From positions 4-64,003 of the forward strand of contig DASSON010000187.1 of the NCBI GenBank assembly GCA_035700525.1: DNA of 64,000 nt. The letters run 5' to 3'. Source of the DNA: Burkholderiales bacterium. Its GTDB lineage: Bacteria; Pseudomonadota; Gammaproteobacteria; Burkholderiales; JBDZVW01. The translations under genes and the position numbers were made by a program. Under the pieces are notes generated by a model. That model searched no databases. It was given only the letters and a program-made list of their open reading frames with translations, and was not told the DNA's origin. Shown here piece after piece: positions 47,422-58,122 of the stretch; position 1 is the stretch's first letter, and the number at the start of each line of letters is the position of its first letter.

Positions 47422-49067
47422 GGGCGGCCTCTCTCATAGGGTGGTTGCTGCCCTGCGGAAGACGTCAGCACACCGCGAATATAGTCCTGCGGCGCGTACA
47501 GGGACCGGGCGGCCATCTCCATATAGTGCATGACCGCTCCCGCCTGCACCGTCAATATCGCGCAGCCGAGCAACAGAAAAAGAACCGGCACCATTTCTAT
47601 TACGCGCACACGCGGCTGCGTGCGCTCGAGCGGCGTCCAGAACACGCGCATGCCGGCCCGGATCATGCCGATCAGCGTCATCAATCCCGAGACTATCACC
47701 AAAATGAGAAAGGTCCACGAGAGGCCCGGCACAACGGCAGCAGTTGCCGATCCCGGTGACTTGAGAAGCGCCGACAGCAGGATGAATTTGGCGATGAATC
47801 CGGAAAGCGGAGGCGATCCCGAAAGCAGCAGTGCGCAAGCCAGAAAGCTGATGCCCAGCATCGCCATGACCGCCGGCACGACGATACCTTCCTCCGCCTC
47901 GTCCGGCTCTTCCTCACCATCCCTCCCGAATGCCTCGATGGTCACCGCCAGGACGTCCGCGCCCGGCTGGCGCCCGCGTTCCGCGAGCTCTATCAGCAGG
48001 TAGAAGGCGGCGATGGCCAGAGTCGAGCTGACCAGGTAGAACAGTGCGCCGCCGATAACGCCGGTGCCACCGATGCCAACGGCCGCGAGCACGGTGCCTG
48101 ACGACACCAGCACCGAAAATCCGGCAAGCCGCCGCATGTCCTGCGACGCCAGCACGCCAATCGCTCCAAACGTAATCGTGGCCATACCGCCGAACAGCAG
48201 CCAGTCATGGCCCCAATGAGCCAACGCGCCGCTTCCTGCGCCGAACAGCAACAGTGACAGCCGCAGTACGACATAGAGACCGACCTTGCTCATGATCGCG
48301 AATATGGCCGCCACCGGCGGTGCTGCCGCTGCATAGGCGGTCGGCAGCCAGAAACTCAGCGGCCACATTCCAGCCTTGATCAGAAACGCCATGCCCAGAA
48401 CGGCGGCCCCGGACTCGAACAGCATCCTGTCCCCGGCCGGAATCAGCGGGATGCGGTGTGCCAGATCGGCCATGTTGAGTGTTCCGGTGACGCCATAGAT
48501 CAGGCTGACGCCGATCAGGAACAGCAGCGACGCGACAAGATTGACCACAATATAGTGCAGACCCGCCTTGACGCGGGTGACGCCCGATCCGTGCAGCACA
48601 AGCCCGTAGGACGCGACCAGCAGAAGCTCGAAAAAAACAAACAGGTTGAAAAGATCGCCGGTGAGAAACGCGCCATTCAGTCCCATCAACAGAAACTGCA
48701 ACAGCGCATGAAAATAGGAACCGGCCCGATGCCAGCGCGCGAGCGCGAAAACGGCCACGGCCAGCGCCAGGAGGCCGGTAAGCAGCAGCATGAGCGCGGA
48801 GAGACGATCGGCCACCAGAACGATGCCGAACGGCGCGGGCCAATTACCGATACGATAGACGCCGGTAGGGACGAAAACCGTGCCGTGCGGCGGAAGACTG
48901 GCCAGAACCATCAGAATGGTCGCTGTCGCGATCATGCCCAGTATCGATACGATGCCAATGGCGGCCTTCAGTGCGCGGCGGCGCTCATCAATGATCATCA
49001 TCACGGCGCCCGCGATCAGCGGGAGAATGATGGGCACGACGACGAGATGTTGGATCCAGTCGGTCAC
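47418..49067 (-). CDS. mrpD: Mrp/Pha-type antiporter subunit D (NuoN/ND2-like)
   Basis: Inside ORF 47418..49358. GTG at 49067 forms a GTGA overlap with the mrpC stop. About 549 aa, multi-TM, proton-pumping subunit pattern. Confidence 0.85.
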   Translation of the reverse strand: MTDWIQHLVVVPIILPLIAGAVMMIIDERRRALKAAIGIVSILGMIATATILMVLASLPPHGTVFVPTGVYRIGNWPAPFGIVLVADRLSALMLLLTGLLALAVAVFALARWHRAGSYFHALLQFLLMGLNGAFLTGDLFNLFVFFELLLVASYGLVLHGSGVTRVKAGLHYIVVNLVASLLFLIGVSLIYGVTGTLNMADLAHRIPLIPAGDRMLFESGAAVLGMAFLIKAGMWPLSFWLPTAYAAAAPPVAAIFAIMSKVGLYVVLRLSLLLFGAGSGALAHWGHDWLLFGGMATITFGAIGVLASQDMRRLAGFSVLVSSGTVLAAVGIGGTGVIGGALFYLVSSTLAIAAFYLLIELAERGRQPGADVLAVTIEAFGRDGEEEPDEAEEGIVVPAVMAMLGISFLACALLLSGSPPLSGFIAKFILLSALLKSPGSATAAVVPGLSWTFLILVIVSGLMTLIGMIRAGMRVFWTPLERTQPRVRVIEMVPVLFLLLGCAILTVQAGAVMHYMEMAARSLYAPQDYIRGVLTSSAGQQPPYERGRP

Positions 49068-49411
49068 GAGTCGGGTTCCGTACCGTCGACGTGGTCGGTG
49101 CCGGTCAATCCCCGTGACGCCAGCAGGACAACGAGAAACAGGGCTGTCGTGGCAAAGCCGATCACGATGGCGGTGAGTACGAGCGCCTGCGGCAGCGGAT
49201 CGGCATAGTGCACCGGATCGACTGCCCGACCTGCCGCGAGGATGGGGGCGGCGTCGACCTTGAGCCGCCCCATCGCAAAGATGAAGAGATTGACCGCATA
49301 GGAAAACAGCGTCAGGCCGATGATCACCTGAAAGGTACGCGGCCGCAGCACCAGCCATACGCCCGCGCCCGCCAGTATTCCGATCGCCAGTGACAGAACG
49401 ATTTCCATCAT
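49064..49411 (-). CDS. mrpC: Mrp/Pha-type antiporter subunit C (NuoK-like)
   Basis: Inside ORF 49064..49630. ATG at 49411 overlaps the mrpA stop. 115 aa, three TM segments. Confidence 0.85.
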   Translation of the reverse strand: MMEIVLSLAIGILAGAGVWLVLRPRTFQVIIGLTLFSYAVNLFIFAMGRLKVDAAPILAAGRAVDPVHYADPLPQALVLTAIVIGFATTALFLVVLLASRGLTGTDHVDGTEPDS

Positions 49412-52332
49412 TCGTCCCCGGCGGCGGTCGTGTCCGCCCGCTCCTGCGACGCCCGCTGGGTGCGGATCGTCTGATGGGCGAGCGCGATCAGGATGAGGGT
49501 GGTCGCTCCCACCACCAGCAGGAACACGCCGAGATCGAAGAACATGGCGCTGGCGAACGGCATCATGCCGATGACAGGCAACACCGGATGAACCGTATGC
49601 GAAGTCAGGAACGGATAGGAAAACAGCCACGCTCCCATTCCGGTGGTGGCGGCAAGCAGCAGACCCGCCGCCATCCAGCGCAGGGGCTGGACGGTCAACC
49701 GTTTTTCCACCCAGCGGATGCCGCCGGCCATATATTGCAGAATGAGTCCCGCCGCCAGGGTGATGCCGGCCGCGAACCCGCCGCCTGGAAGATCATGGCC
49801 CCGCATGAACAGATATACCGCAAACATCGCGATGAACGGAAACAGCAGCTGCATGATCACCGCCGGAACCCTCAAATAATCGATAACGGTGTCACCGACG
49901 TTGCGCTGGCTGTCGGCATCGTCGAGGCTGTTTTGCAAACGCTGCTGTTGCGGGACGTCGGTACTGTCCGGCGCCGGCCGGAAGCGGCGCAACAGTGCAA
50001 AAACGGTCAGCGCGACCACGCCCAGAACGGTGATTTCCCCCAAGGTATCAAAACCGCGGAAGTCCACCAGAATGACGTTGACGACGTTCCTGCCGCCACC
50101 TTGCGTATAGGCATGCTCCAGGAAATATGACGCAATACCGCCGGGCCGTTCGCGCGTCATCACCGCATAGACGATCGCCGACAGTCCGCCGCCGGCCACC
50201 ACCGCGATCGCGAAGTCGCGCATCCGGCGGCCAACGACCAGCGGGTTGCGTGCTTCGGCCGTGCCGATTGTCTCGATTCGCTTGGGCAGCCAGCGCAAGC
50301 CGAGTAAAAGCAGCACGGTCGTGACGGTTTCGACAAGCAGCTGCGTCAACGCCAGGTCGGGCGCCGACAGCCAGACGAAGGTCACGCAAACCGCAAGGCC
50401 CGCGCCACCGGTGAGGATCAATGCGGCCAGCCGATGGTATTTGGCGAGGCAGGCTGCGGCAATGGCGCAAGCTGCGCCGGAAATCCAGAGGACGGCGAAG
50501 GCCGGATCGAAAACAGAAAGCGATCTGTGGTCCGCCTCCAACCCGTGCAGCAGCAGCGGCCATGCTGCGACGGCAACCGCGATGCATAGCACGATCTGCA
50601 ATTGCGGCTGCAGCCTGCGGGTGCCGAGGAAAGCTTCCAGCGCCCGGGCCCAGCGCAATGAAAGTGTTGCCATCACACTATTGAAAATGCGCTGTCCCCT
50701 GACATGCCGCAGCAGCGGCGGCCCTTCCTCGCTGGTCGCCAGATAAGTGTGAAGACAGAAATAAACGACGATGCCGCCAATCAGCGCGATCATGCTCATC
50801 AGGAATGGAAATGTGAATCCATGCCACAGTACCAGGCTGTACGCCGGCACATCGGCACCGAGCACCGCGCGCGACGCAGTCTCCAGCAACGGCCCCGCCG
50901 TCCGCCCCGGGATGATCCCGACAACGATGCAGGCAAGCACCAGCAGCGCGACCGGCAGGCGCATCCAGATCGGCGGCTCGTGCGGCGTCTGCGGCAGATC
51001 TTTCGGGGGCGACCCGAAGAATACATCTCGAATAAAACGCAGCGAATAGGCGACGCTGAAGGCGGCGGCAACGGTCGCGATATAAGGCAGTGCATGGTCA
51101 ACGACCGACCCGCTATGCGTCTCAATCGTTTCGGCAAAGAACATTTCCTTGGACAGAAATCCGTTCAACAGCGGAACACCCGCCATCGCCGCGGCGGCGA
51201 CCATGGCCAACGTCGCGGTGACCGGCAGGAAGCTCCACAATCCGCTGAGGCGGCGTATATCGCGCGTGCCGGTCTCGTGATCGATGATTCCGGCGGCCAT
51301 GAACAGCGAGGCCTTGAAGGTCGCATGATTCATCATGTGGAAAATGGCCGCGATCAGCGCAAGCGGACTGCCCAGACCAATCAATAGTGTCACCAATCCG
51401 AGATGGCTGATCGTTGAATAGGCCAGTATGCCCTTGAGGTCCTGCTGAAAAATCGCGAGATAAGCCCCCAGCACGAAAGTGATCAGACCCGTGGCGCCGA
51501 CAAACCACAGCCAGTCATCGGTGCCGCCCAGCACCGGCCACAGCAGAACCAGCAGGAAGACGCCCGCCATCACAAGCGTCGCGGAATGCAGATAGGCGGA
51601 GACAGGCGTCGGCGCCGCCATCGCGTGCGGCAGCCAGAAATGAAACGGAAACTGGGCGCTCTTGGTCAACGCCCCCAGCAGCACCAGGATCAGAACCGGC
51701 CGGTACAGCGAATGTTGCCGAATCACGTCGCCCGACGCCAGCACCCGATCCAGATCGTAGCTGCCGACGATGTGGCCGATGATGAGAACGCCGGCAAACA
51801 GGCACAGCCCGCCCGCCTCCGTGACGATCAGGGACATGCGCGCGCCGTCGCGCGCAGCGGCGTTGTGATGCCAGTAGCCAATCAGCAGAAAGGAAACCAG
51901 ACCGGTCAATTCCCAGAAGAACACGAGCTGGATCAGGTTGCCCGCGAGCACGATCCCCAGCATCGCTCCCATGAAAGCCAGAAGGGACGAATAAAAACGT
52001 GCCGCCGGATCAGCCGGAGCCATGTAATAACGCGCATAAAGGACAACCAGCAGGCCGATCCCGGTGATCAGCAGCGACATCAACCAGGCGAAACCGTCCA
52101 TGCGCAGCACGAAGTTCAGCCCGAATTGAGGTATCCAGACGATCTCGTCGCGGACGATGCCGCCATTGGCAACAGCGGGATAAAGCAGAACGACGAGCAC
52201 CAGACTGGCGAGCCCGACCAGGGCACCGAGTCCGGCCTCGGCATTGCGGGCGTTGGTCGGCACCCACGCCGCGGCAAGACTACCCGCAAAGGGAAGCAGG
52301 ATGAGGGCGATGAGAGCAGCGTGATGCGACAT
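49408..52332 (-). CDS. mrpA: Mrp/Pha-type antiporter fused subunit A/B
   Basis: 974 aa with an NuoL-like N-terminal part followed by MrpB-like TM helices. First gene of the operon. Confidence 0.9.
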   Translation of the reverse strand: MSHHAALIALILLPFAGSLAAAWVPTNARNAEAGLGALVGLASLVLVVLLYPAVANGGIVRDEIVWIPQFGLNFVLRMDGFAWLMSLLITGIGLLVVLYARYYMAPADPAARFYSSLLAFMGAMLGIVLAGNLIQLVFFWELTGLVSFLLIGYWHHNAAARDGARMSLIVTEAGGLCLFAGVLIIGHIVGSYDLDRVLASGDVIRQHSLYRPVLILVLLGALTKSAQFPFHFWLPHAMAAPTPVSAYLHSATLVMAGVFLLVLLWPVLGGTDDWLWFVGATGLITFVLGAYLAIFQQDLKGILAYSTISHLGLVTLLIGLGSPLALIAAIFHMMNHATFKASLFMAAGIIDHETGTRDIRRLSGLWSFLPVTATLAMVAAAAMAGVPLLNGFLSKEMFFAETIETHSGSVVDHALPYIATVAAAFSVAYSLRFIRDVFFGSPPKDLPQTPHEPPIWMRLPVALLVLACIVVGIIPGRTAGPLLETASRAVLGADVPAYSLVLWHGFTFPFLMSMIALIGGIVVYFCLHTYLATSEEGPPLLRHVRGQRIFNSVMATLSLRWARALEAFLGTRRLQPQLQIVLCIAVAVAAWPLLLHGLEADHRSLSVFDPAFAVLWISGAACAIAAACLAKYHRLAALILTGGAGLAVCVTFVWLSAPDLALTQLLVETVTTVLLLLGLRWLPKRIETIGTAEARNPLVVGRRMRDFAIAVVAGGGLSAIVYAVMTRERPGGIASYFLEHAYTQGGGRNVVNVILVDFRGFDTLGEITVLGVVALTVFALLRRFRPAPDSTDVPQQQRLQNSLDDADSQRNVGDTVIDYLRVPAVIMQLLFPFIAMFAVYLFMRGHDLPGGGFAAGITLAAGLILQYMAGGIRWVEKRLTVQPLRWMAAGLLLAATTGMGAWLFSYPFLTSHTVHPVLPVIGMMPFASAMFFDLGVFLLVVGATTLILIALAHQTIRTQRASQERADTTAAGDE

Positions 52333-52394
52333 CCCGGGCTTGTCAGACTTTTTGTGTGCGAGAGGTCATGAGATGATACAGAGAAGGAGGCATC

Positions 52395-52481
52395 ATGATC
52401 AAAGAGACAGCACACAGCGTTGCCGCCACCCGATATCCGGCGACAATATTCGGGCCATTCGGTACCAAATCATGGCAATGA
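52395..52481 (+). CDS. candidate 28-codon upstream ORF/leader peptide (MIKETAHSVAATRYPATIFGPFGTKSWQ)
   Basis: AAGGAGG at 52384..52390, 4 nt before ATG 52395. Its TGA (52479..52481) overlaps ATG 52478 of the amidohydrolase frame (ATGA). No homology recognised. Confidence 0.3.
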   Translation: MIKETAHSVAATRYPATIFGPFGTKSWQ

Positions 52482-54124
52482 CGAAAACAGCCACCGTTTT
52501 CCCGGCACGAAAAATCATCACGATGGATCCGCGCCGGTCCGCGGCCGAAGCGGTCGCCGTCCGCGATGGCAACGTTGTCGGAGTTGGTACCGCGGATGAG
52601 CTGCGTGCGCTCGGGCCGCACCGCATCGACGACACTTTTCGCAACAAGGTGCTGATGCCCGGACTGGTCGAAGGTCACTGTCACCTGATGGAAGGTGGCA
52701 TATGGAATTTCGTCTACGTCGGGTTTTACGATCGTCGCGGGCCGGACGGGACGCTATGGACCGGTTTACGCAGCTTCGACGCAGTCGTGGCCCGGCTCAA
52801 GGCGGCTGAATCGCAACTTGCCGATCCCCAGCAGCCGCTGCTCGCGTGGGGGTTTGATCCCGTTTATTTCGTGGGCGGACGCATGACCACGCACGAGCTT
52901 GACCAGGTTTCAAGCACGCGCCGGATTGCCGTGCTGCATGCAAGCATCCATCTGATGAACGTCAACAGCGCGATGCTCGCGGCGGCCGGCCTCGATCGCA
53001 GCATCCGCGCGGAAGGCGTGATCAAGGCGGCGGACGGCGAACTGACCGGCGAGCTGCAGGAATTCGCCGCGATGTTTCCGGTGTTCCGCGTGATCGGCAA
53101 TGCGTTTTTCTCCGCCGCCGAAACCGAAGCCGGAATTCGCAATTTCGGCTGCTCCGCCAACATCGCGGGCGTCACGACAGCCACCGATCTGCTCAGCGAC
53201 TGCAACGATGCCGCCGTCGCAAACCTGTTCAGGGTAACATGCGATCCGGCATTCCCGTTACGCATCATTCCCGCGTTCCGCGGTTTCGACGCAGACCCGC
53301 AACAAGGCATCGACACCGTGACGCGGCTCGCGCGTGACGCCACCGAGCGGCTGCGCTTCGGCGCGGTGAAACTGGTGCTCGACGGCTCGATCCAAGGATT
53401 CACCGCCCGCCTGCGCGCGCCCGGCTATCACGATGGCAGCCCCAACGGGCAATGGCTGATGGCGCCGCAACAGGTGGCGGAAATCGTCGGCGCCTACCAT
53501 CGCGCCGGCCTGCAATTGCACATCCATACCAATGGCGACGAAGCGACGGACGTCGCGCTGGAGGCGCTCGAACGCGCGCTCGCCGATCGTCCGCGCCATG
53601 ATCATCGCCACACGATCCAGCATGCGCAGATGGCCGACGCCGCGCAGCTGCAACGCATGGCGGATCTGGGCGTATGCGTCAACCTGTTCGCGAATCACAT
53701 TTATTACTGGGGCGACGTTCATTACACCCGCACGGTGGGGCCGGAACGCGCACATCGCATGAATGCCGTCGGCACTGCAAGCCGGCTTGGCGTACATTAC
53801 GCGATTCATTCGGACGCGCCGATCACGCCGCTGGGGCCGCTGTTTACCGCATGGTGTGCGGTGAACCGCCGCACGATGTCGGGGCGCGTGCTGGGCGAGA
53901 CGGAACGCATCCCGGTGGCGGACGCGCTGCATGCGATCACGCTGGGCGCCGCGTACACGCTGAAACTGGACCACGAAATCGGCAGCATCGAATCCGGTAA
54001 GCGCGCCGATTTCGCGGTACTGGACGACGATCCGCTCGAAATTGCACCGGAGCAGTTGAAGGACGTCGGCATCTGGGGCACGGTCGTGGGCGGCCGTGTC
54101 TTTCGCTCTCCTCTCGCGCGATGA
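52472..54124 (+). CDS. metal-dependent amidohydrolase (amidohydrolase_3 / YtcJ-like)
   Basis: Inside ORF 52340..54124. Starts at ATG 52472 or 52478 (MAMTKTATVFPARKIITMDP). HxH in LVEGHCHLMEG. HIHTNGDEA. Distal HSD. Confidence 0.8.
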   Translation: MAMTKTATVFPARKIITMDPRRSAAEAVAVRDGNVVGVGTADELRALGPHRIDDTFRNKVLMPGLVEGHCHLMEGGIWNFVYVGFYDRRGPDGTLWTGLRSFDAVVARLKAAESQLADPQQPLLAWGFDPVYFVGGRMTTHELDQVSSTRRIAVLHASIHLMNVNSAMLAAAGLDRSIRAEGVIKAADGELTGELQEFAAMFPVFRVIGNAFFSAAETEAGIRNFGCSANIAGVTTATDLLSDCNDAAVANLFRVTCDPAFPLRIIPAFRGFDADPQQGIDTVTRLARDATERLRFGAVKLVLDGSIQGFTARLRAPGYHDGSPNGQWLMAPQQVAEIVGAYHRAGLQLHIHTNGDEATDVALEALERALADRPRHDHRHTIQHAQMADAAQLQRMADLGVCVNLFANHIYYWGDVHYTRTVGPERAHRMNAVGTASRLGVHYAIHSDAPITPLGPLFTAWCAVNRRTMSGRVLGETERIPVADALHAITLGAAYTLKLDHEIGSIESGKRADFAVLDDDPLEIAPEQLKDVGIWGTVVGGRVFRSPLAR

Positions 54125-55074
54125 ACAGCGGTGCTGATCATCGCATCCCGCTGACCGTGATCGGCGGCTTTCTCGGCAGCGGCAAGACGACGCTGGTGAA
54201 TCACCTGCTGCGCGAACTGTCTGGCGTACGCGCGACCATACTCGTCAACGACTTCGGATCCGTCAATATCGATGCACGGCTGATCGCCGCAACCGGCGCT
54301 GAAACCATCGCGCTGACGAACGGCTGTGTATGCTGCTCGATGGGGGGTGATCTGACCAACGCGCTGATCCGCGTGATCGAAACCCGGCCCGCGCCCGACC
54401 GCATCATCATCGAAGCCAGCGGCGTGTCCGATCCATCGAAAATCGCGCAGGTCGGTTTGGCCGATCCGGCACTGCAGCTCGATGAAATCATCGTATTGGC
54501 CGACGCGCACGCCGTGCGGACGCTGGCGGCCGATCCGCGTCTCACCGATACGGTTCTGCGTCAACTCGTGGCGGCCGATATCGTGATTCTGAACAAGACC
54601 GACCTGGTGCCACGCGACACATTGAAAACGACTCGTGAGTGGCTCACAACCCATGCACCGCAGGCGTGGATACACGAAACCCGCGATGCTGCCGTGCCAC
54701 CGGAAGTGCTGGGCAGCCTCGCCACACCATCCAGCATGCCGGCGATCCGGCATGAATCGCCGGATCATGACCATGTGTTTGCGACATGGCGCTTCGAAAC
54801 CGCACGCTTGTTCGACGCCGAAAAGCTTCGCGCGCTGCTGGACGACATGCCGCCAGGCATCATCCGCGCAAAAGGGATCGTGCGGACCGGCGATGCACCG
54901 GACCAGGCGTCAGTCTTTCAATTCGCCGGCAGATCGCGGGAAATGAAAATCTGCGGACACTCGACGCAGGGGCACTCGCAAATCGTTTTCATAGGCGCAT
55001 CCGGCGTTGCCTTTGATGCAATCGAAACCCGGCTTATGGACGCGCTGTGCCTGGAGCCGCGTACCGCCGGTTGA
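54121..55074 (+). CDS. COG0523 (CobW/YjiA/Nha3-type) G3E-family GTPase metallochaperone
   Basis: GGFLGSGKTTL (P-loop), GCVCCS (CxCC metal motif), ATGA overlap with the amidohydrolase stop. Confidence 0.85.
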   Translation: MNSGADHRIPLTVIGGFLGSGKTTLVNHLLRELSGVRATILVNDFGSVNIDARLIAATGAETIALTNGCVCCSMGGDLTNALIRVIETRPAPDRIIIEASGVSDPSKIAQVGLADPALQLDEIIVLADAHAVRTLAADPRLTDTVLRQLVAADIVILNKTDLVPRDTLKTTREWLTTHAPQAWIHETRDAAVPPEVLGSLATPSSMPAIRHESPDHDHVFATWRFETARLFDAEKLRALLDDMPPGIIRAKGIVRTGDAPDQASVFQFAGRSREMKICGHSTQGHSQIVFIGASGVAFDAIETRLMDALCLEPRTAG

Positions 55075-55085
55075 CGCTCTGTAAT

Positions 55086-56471
55086 TTATTGCAGAAATTG
55101 CGACATGTCGGGCAGCGCCGGTCGCCCGACCAGATTTTCAATGCCCATCGCCATCGACAGCAAGTCCACATCCCGCCCGCCGCCGCATGCGATCTGAAGC
55201 CCCACCGGCAACGGCGCGTCGGAAAGCGGGATCGGAATCGAAACGGCACACTGGCCGAACAGATTGGCGGGGCGCGTGTCGTTGGTGCCGCGCCGAATCC
55301 ATGCCGCGGCCTTTTCCGGCGTTGCATAATCGGCCAATGGAAGTGCGACGTCCGGCGTGGTCGGCGAAATCCAGCCATCCAATCCCCTCATCCGCTCTTC
55401 GGCGATTCGGCACAGCGCGCGCTGGCGGCGCTGTAGCCGTATGTACTCGATCGCGGAATAGCGCAGCGCCGGCTCGGCACGGTTCCAGACGATCGGATCG
55501 AGCATTTCTTTTGCCTGCGTGAAACGCGCGGCACCCAGTGTCGCCAGCAACTCGGCCGACAACATCGGTGCGAACACGGTATCGATCTCCGCCGCTTCCG
55601 GCACTTCGATCGGCACGATTTCGACCCCGGCATCTTGCAGCAACCGCAGCGCGTGTTCGGTAGCGGCAAGGACTTCGTCCGCCACGCCATCAAAAAAATG
55701 ATTGACCGGCCTGCCCAGACGCAGACCGTTGAGCCGGCGCGGCTGCGGAACCGGGCAGCCGGTCAACACGCCGAACACCAGCGCCGCATCATCAGCAAAG
55801 CGGGTAAACGGCCCGATACTGTCCATAGTGGGAGACAACGGAAATACGCCGTCGGTCGGCCACAGACCGAAGGTGGTCTTGTGTCCGAACAGCCCGCACA
55901 GCGCGGCTGGCTGGCGCACCGATCCTCCGGTATCGGAACCGATCGAAAACGCGCACAATCCGGCGGCGAGCGCCACCGCGGAGCCGCTGCTCGATCCGCC
56001 CGGCATGCGATGCACTTTCGCATCACACGGATTCCACGGCGTGCGATGTCTGACATTGACCAGTCCGAACGCGAATTCGGTCATCCGGGTTTTGCCGAGA
56101 ATAACGCATCCGGCGCGTTTGAGTTTTCTGATGAAGCTGCCCTCAGCTTCGATCAGATCGCCGATTTCAACCTCCGATCCGCACTTCGGCAGCGGCATGC
56201 CATCTACGGTGAACAGATCCTTGACTGCGACCGGCACTCCCATCAGCGGACCGAGGTCGGTGCCCGCCGCGAGCATCCGGTCGGCTCCGCGCGCTTGCTC
56301 GAGCGCGCGGTCGGCCGCGACATGGGTAAACGCGCCCAATTGCGGGTCGAGCATCGCGATTCGTTCAAGATAGGCGCAGGTTACGGCCTCCGCCGTAATG
56401 GCACCATGCCGCAATTGCACGCCGAATCCTGCAATGTCAAAAGCATTAAACGGATCGGATGGTAGGTTCAT
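55086..56471 (-). CDS. amidase-signature (AS) family amidase
   Basis: Inside ORF 55086..56576. ATG at 56471 (MNLPSD). GGSSSGSAVALAAG signature. Overlaps the upstream ATPase stop by 26 nt. Confidence 0.8.
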   Translation of the reverse strand: MNLPSDPFNAFDIAGFGVQLRHGAITAEAVTCAYLERIAMLDPQLGAFTHVAADRALEQARGADRMLAAGTDLGPLMGVPVAVKDLFTVDGMPLPKCGSEVEIGDLIEAEGSFIRKLKRAGCVILGKTRMTEFAFGLVNVRHRTPWNPCDAKVHRMPGGSSSGSAVALAAGLCAFSIGSDTGGSVRQPAALCGLFGHKTTFGLWPTDGVFPLSPTMDSIGPFTRFADDAALVFGVLTGCPVPQPRRLNGLRLGRPVNHFFDGVADEVLAATEHALRLLQDAGVEIVPIEVPEAAEIDTVFAPMLSAELLATLGAARFTQAKEMLDPIVWNRAEPALRYSAIEYIRLQRRQRALCRIAEERMRGLDGWISPTTPDVALPLADYATPEKAAAWIRRGTNDTRPANLFGQCAVSIPIPLSDAPLPVGLQIACGGGRDVDLLSMAMGIENLVGRPALPDMSQFLQ

Positions 56472-58119
56472 TGCTAAAGTCCACTCCATCGGAAAAAGCG
56501 GAAACCGGCGCATGCCAGTGACGCCCTGGAATAGCGGCGAACAGCTCCTGTGTGTAGGGGTGCTGCGGAGCGGCATAGACGCTCGCCGTTGAGCCGTACT
56601 CGACGATGGTGCCGTAACGCATCACCGCAATGCTGTCGCATACCTGTGCCGCCACGCGCAGATCATGCGTAATGAAGAGCATGGTGAGATTAAATCGGTC
56701 ACGTATATCCGCAAGCAATCGCAGTACTTGGGCCTGCACGGATACGTCGAGCGCCGAGACCGCCTCGTCGGCGACAAGAATCTCCGGCTCCAGCGCGAGG
56801 GCACGGGCGATCCCGATGCGCTGACGCTGCCCTCCCGAAAACTCGTGAGGATAGCGTTCCGCGGCGCGGCGATCGAGCCCGACCAGCTCAAGCAGAGAAT
56901 AGGCTCGCGCAAATGCCTCGGTTTCCGGCATGCCGTGCACGATCGGTCCTTCGGCGATCAGTTTTCCCACGGTACGACGCGGATCGAGCGAACCGTAAGG
57001 GTCCTGAAATACCATCTGAATATACTTGCGGTGCGAGCGCAACTGCCGGCGGGAAAGTTTCATTAGATCCACATCGCGCAGCACGACGCTGCCGCTGTCG
57101 GCATCGATCAAACGTGCGATGCAACGCGCCAGCGTGGATTTCCCCGAGCCGGATTCTCCCACCAGGCCGAGCGTCTCGCCGCGTCTGACGGAAAGGGTGA
57201 CAGTCTGCGCGGCGTGTACCGTACGGCTTCTACGGCCGAAGAACCCGCTGCTATCCCGGTATTTTTTGTCGAGCGCGTTCACCGAGAGCACAGGCAACGC
57301 ATCGCTGTTCAGAACACTTTCCCGCGGCGTAAGACCCGGGACCGCTGCAATCAGCAACCTGGTGTACGAATGCTGCGGCGCGTTCAGCACCTGTTGAGCA
57401 TCCCCGAATTCGACAAGCTTGCCCTGCTGCATGACAGCGACCCGGTCGGCAATTTCCGCCACGACCCCGAAATCGTGGGTGATGAACAAAACGCCCATGT
57501 GGCGGCTCGACTGAATCTGCCGGATTAATGCCAGGATCTGCGACTGGGTGGTGACGTCCAACGCGGTCGTCGGCTCGTCCGCAATCACCACCGGAGGCTC
57601 CAGAATCAGCGCCATTGCGATCATCGCGCGCTGGCGCTGGCCACCCGAGATTTGGTGCGGATAGGCACGGATTAATCGCAGCGGGTCGGAAAGGCTGACC
57701 GATTCCATCATTGCCACGATACGCTTCGTGCGCTCGCGCCGGGGCAGGTCAGTATGGAGCGCGAGAACTTCATCGATCTGGACGCCAATCGTCTTGACCG
57801 GATTGAGCGCGGTCATGGGCTCTTGAAAGATCATCGAAATACGGCTGCAGCGGATCGAACGCATCCGCGCCGGGGAAACCTTTAGCAAATCCTCGCCTTC
57901 GAGCAAGATGCTGCCTGAGCTTGCCCGCAGATGCGGAGCCGGCAACAGACCCATGATGGCACGTGCCATCACCGATTTACCGGATCCAGACTCTCCGACC
58001 ACGCACAGAATCTCATTGCGCCGGAGCTCAAGGTTCGCCCCCGACACGGCCTGAGGACGGTCAGCCCAAGGCGGCAGGTCGACCGTCAGGTTCCGGATCT
58101 GCAGGATCGTCTCGTCCAT
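56446..58119 (-). CDS. ABC transporter ATP-binding protein with duplicated ATPase domains (DppD/DppF fusion type)
   Basis: 557 aa with two Walker A sites (GESGSGKS twice) and two signatures ([16 protein letters not shown]). Confidence 0.9.
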   Translation of the reverse strand: MDETILQIRNLTVDLPPWADRPQAVSGANLELRRNEILCVVGESGSGKSVMARAIMGLLPAPHLRASSGSILLEGEDLLKVSPARMRSIRCSRISMIFQEPMTALNPVKTIGVQIDEVLALHTDLPRRERTKRIVAMMESVSLSDPLRLIRAYPHQISGGQRQRAMIAMALILEPPVVIADEPTTALDVTTQSQILALIRQIQSSRHMGVLFITHDFGVVAEIADRVAVMQQGKLVEFGDAQQVLNAPQHSYTRLLIAAVPGLTPRESVLNSDALPVLSVNALDKKYRDSSGFFGRRSRTVHAAQTVTLSVRRGETLGLVGESGSGKSTLARCIARLIDADSGSVVLRDVDLMKLSRRQLRSHRKYIQMVFQDPYGSLDPRRTVGKLIAEGPIVHGMPETEAFARAYSLLELVGLDRRAAERYPHEFSGGQRQRIGIARALALEPEILVADEAVSALDVSVQAQVLRLLADIRDRFNLTMLFITHDLRVAAQVCDSIAVMRYGTIVEYGSTASVYAAPQHPYTQELFAAIPGRHWHAPVSAFSDGVDFSNEPTIRSV

Positions 58120-58122
58120 GGA

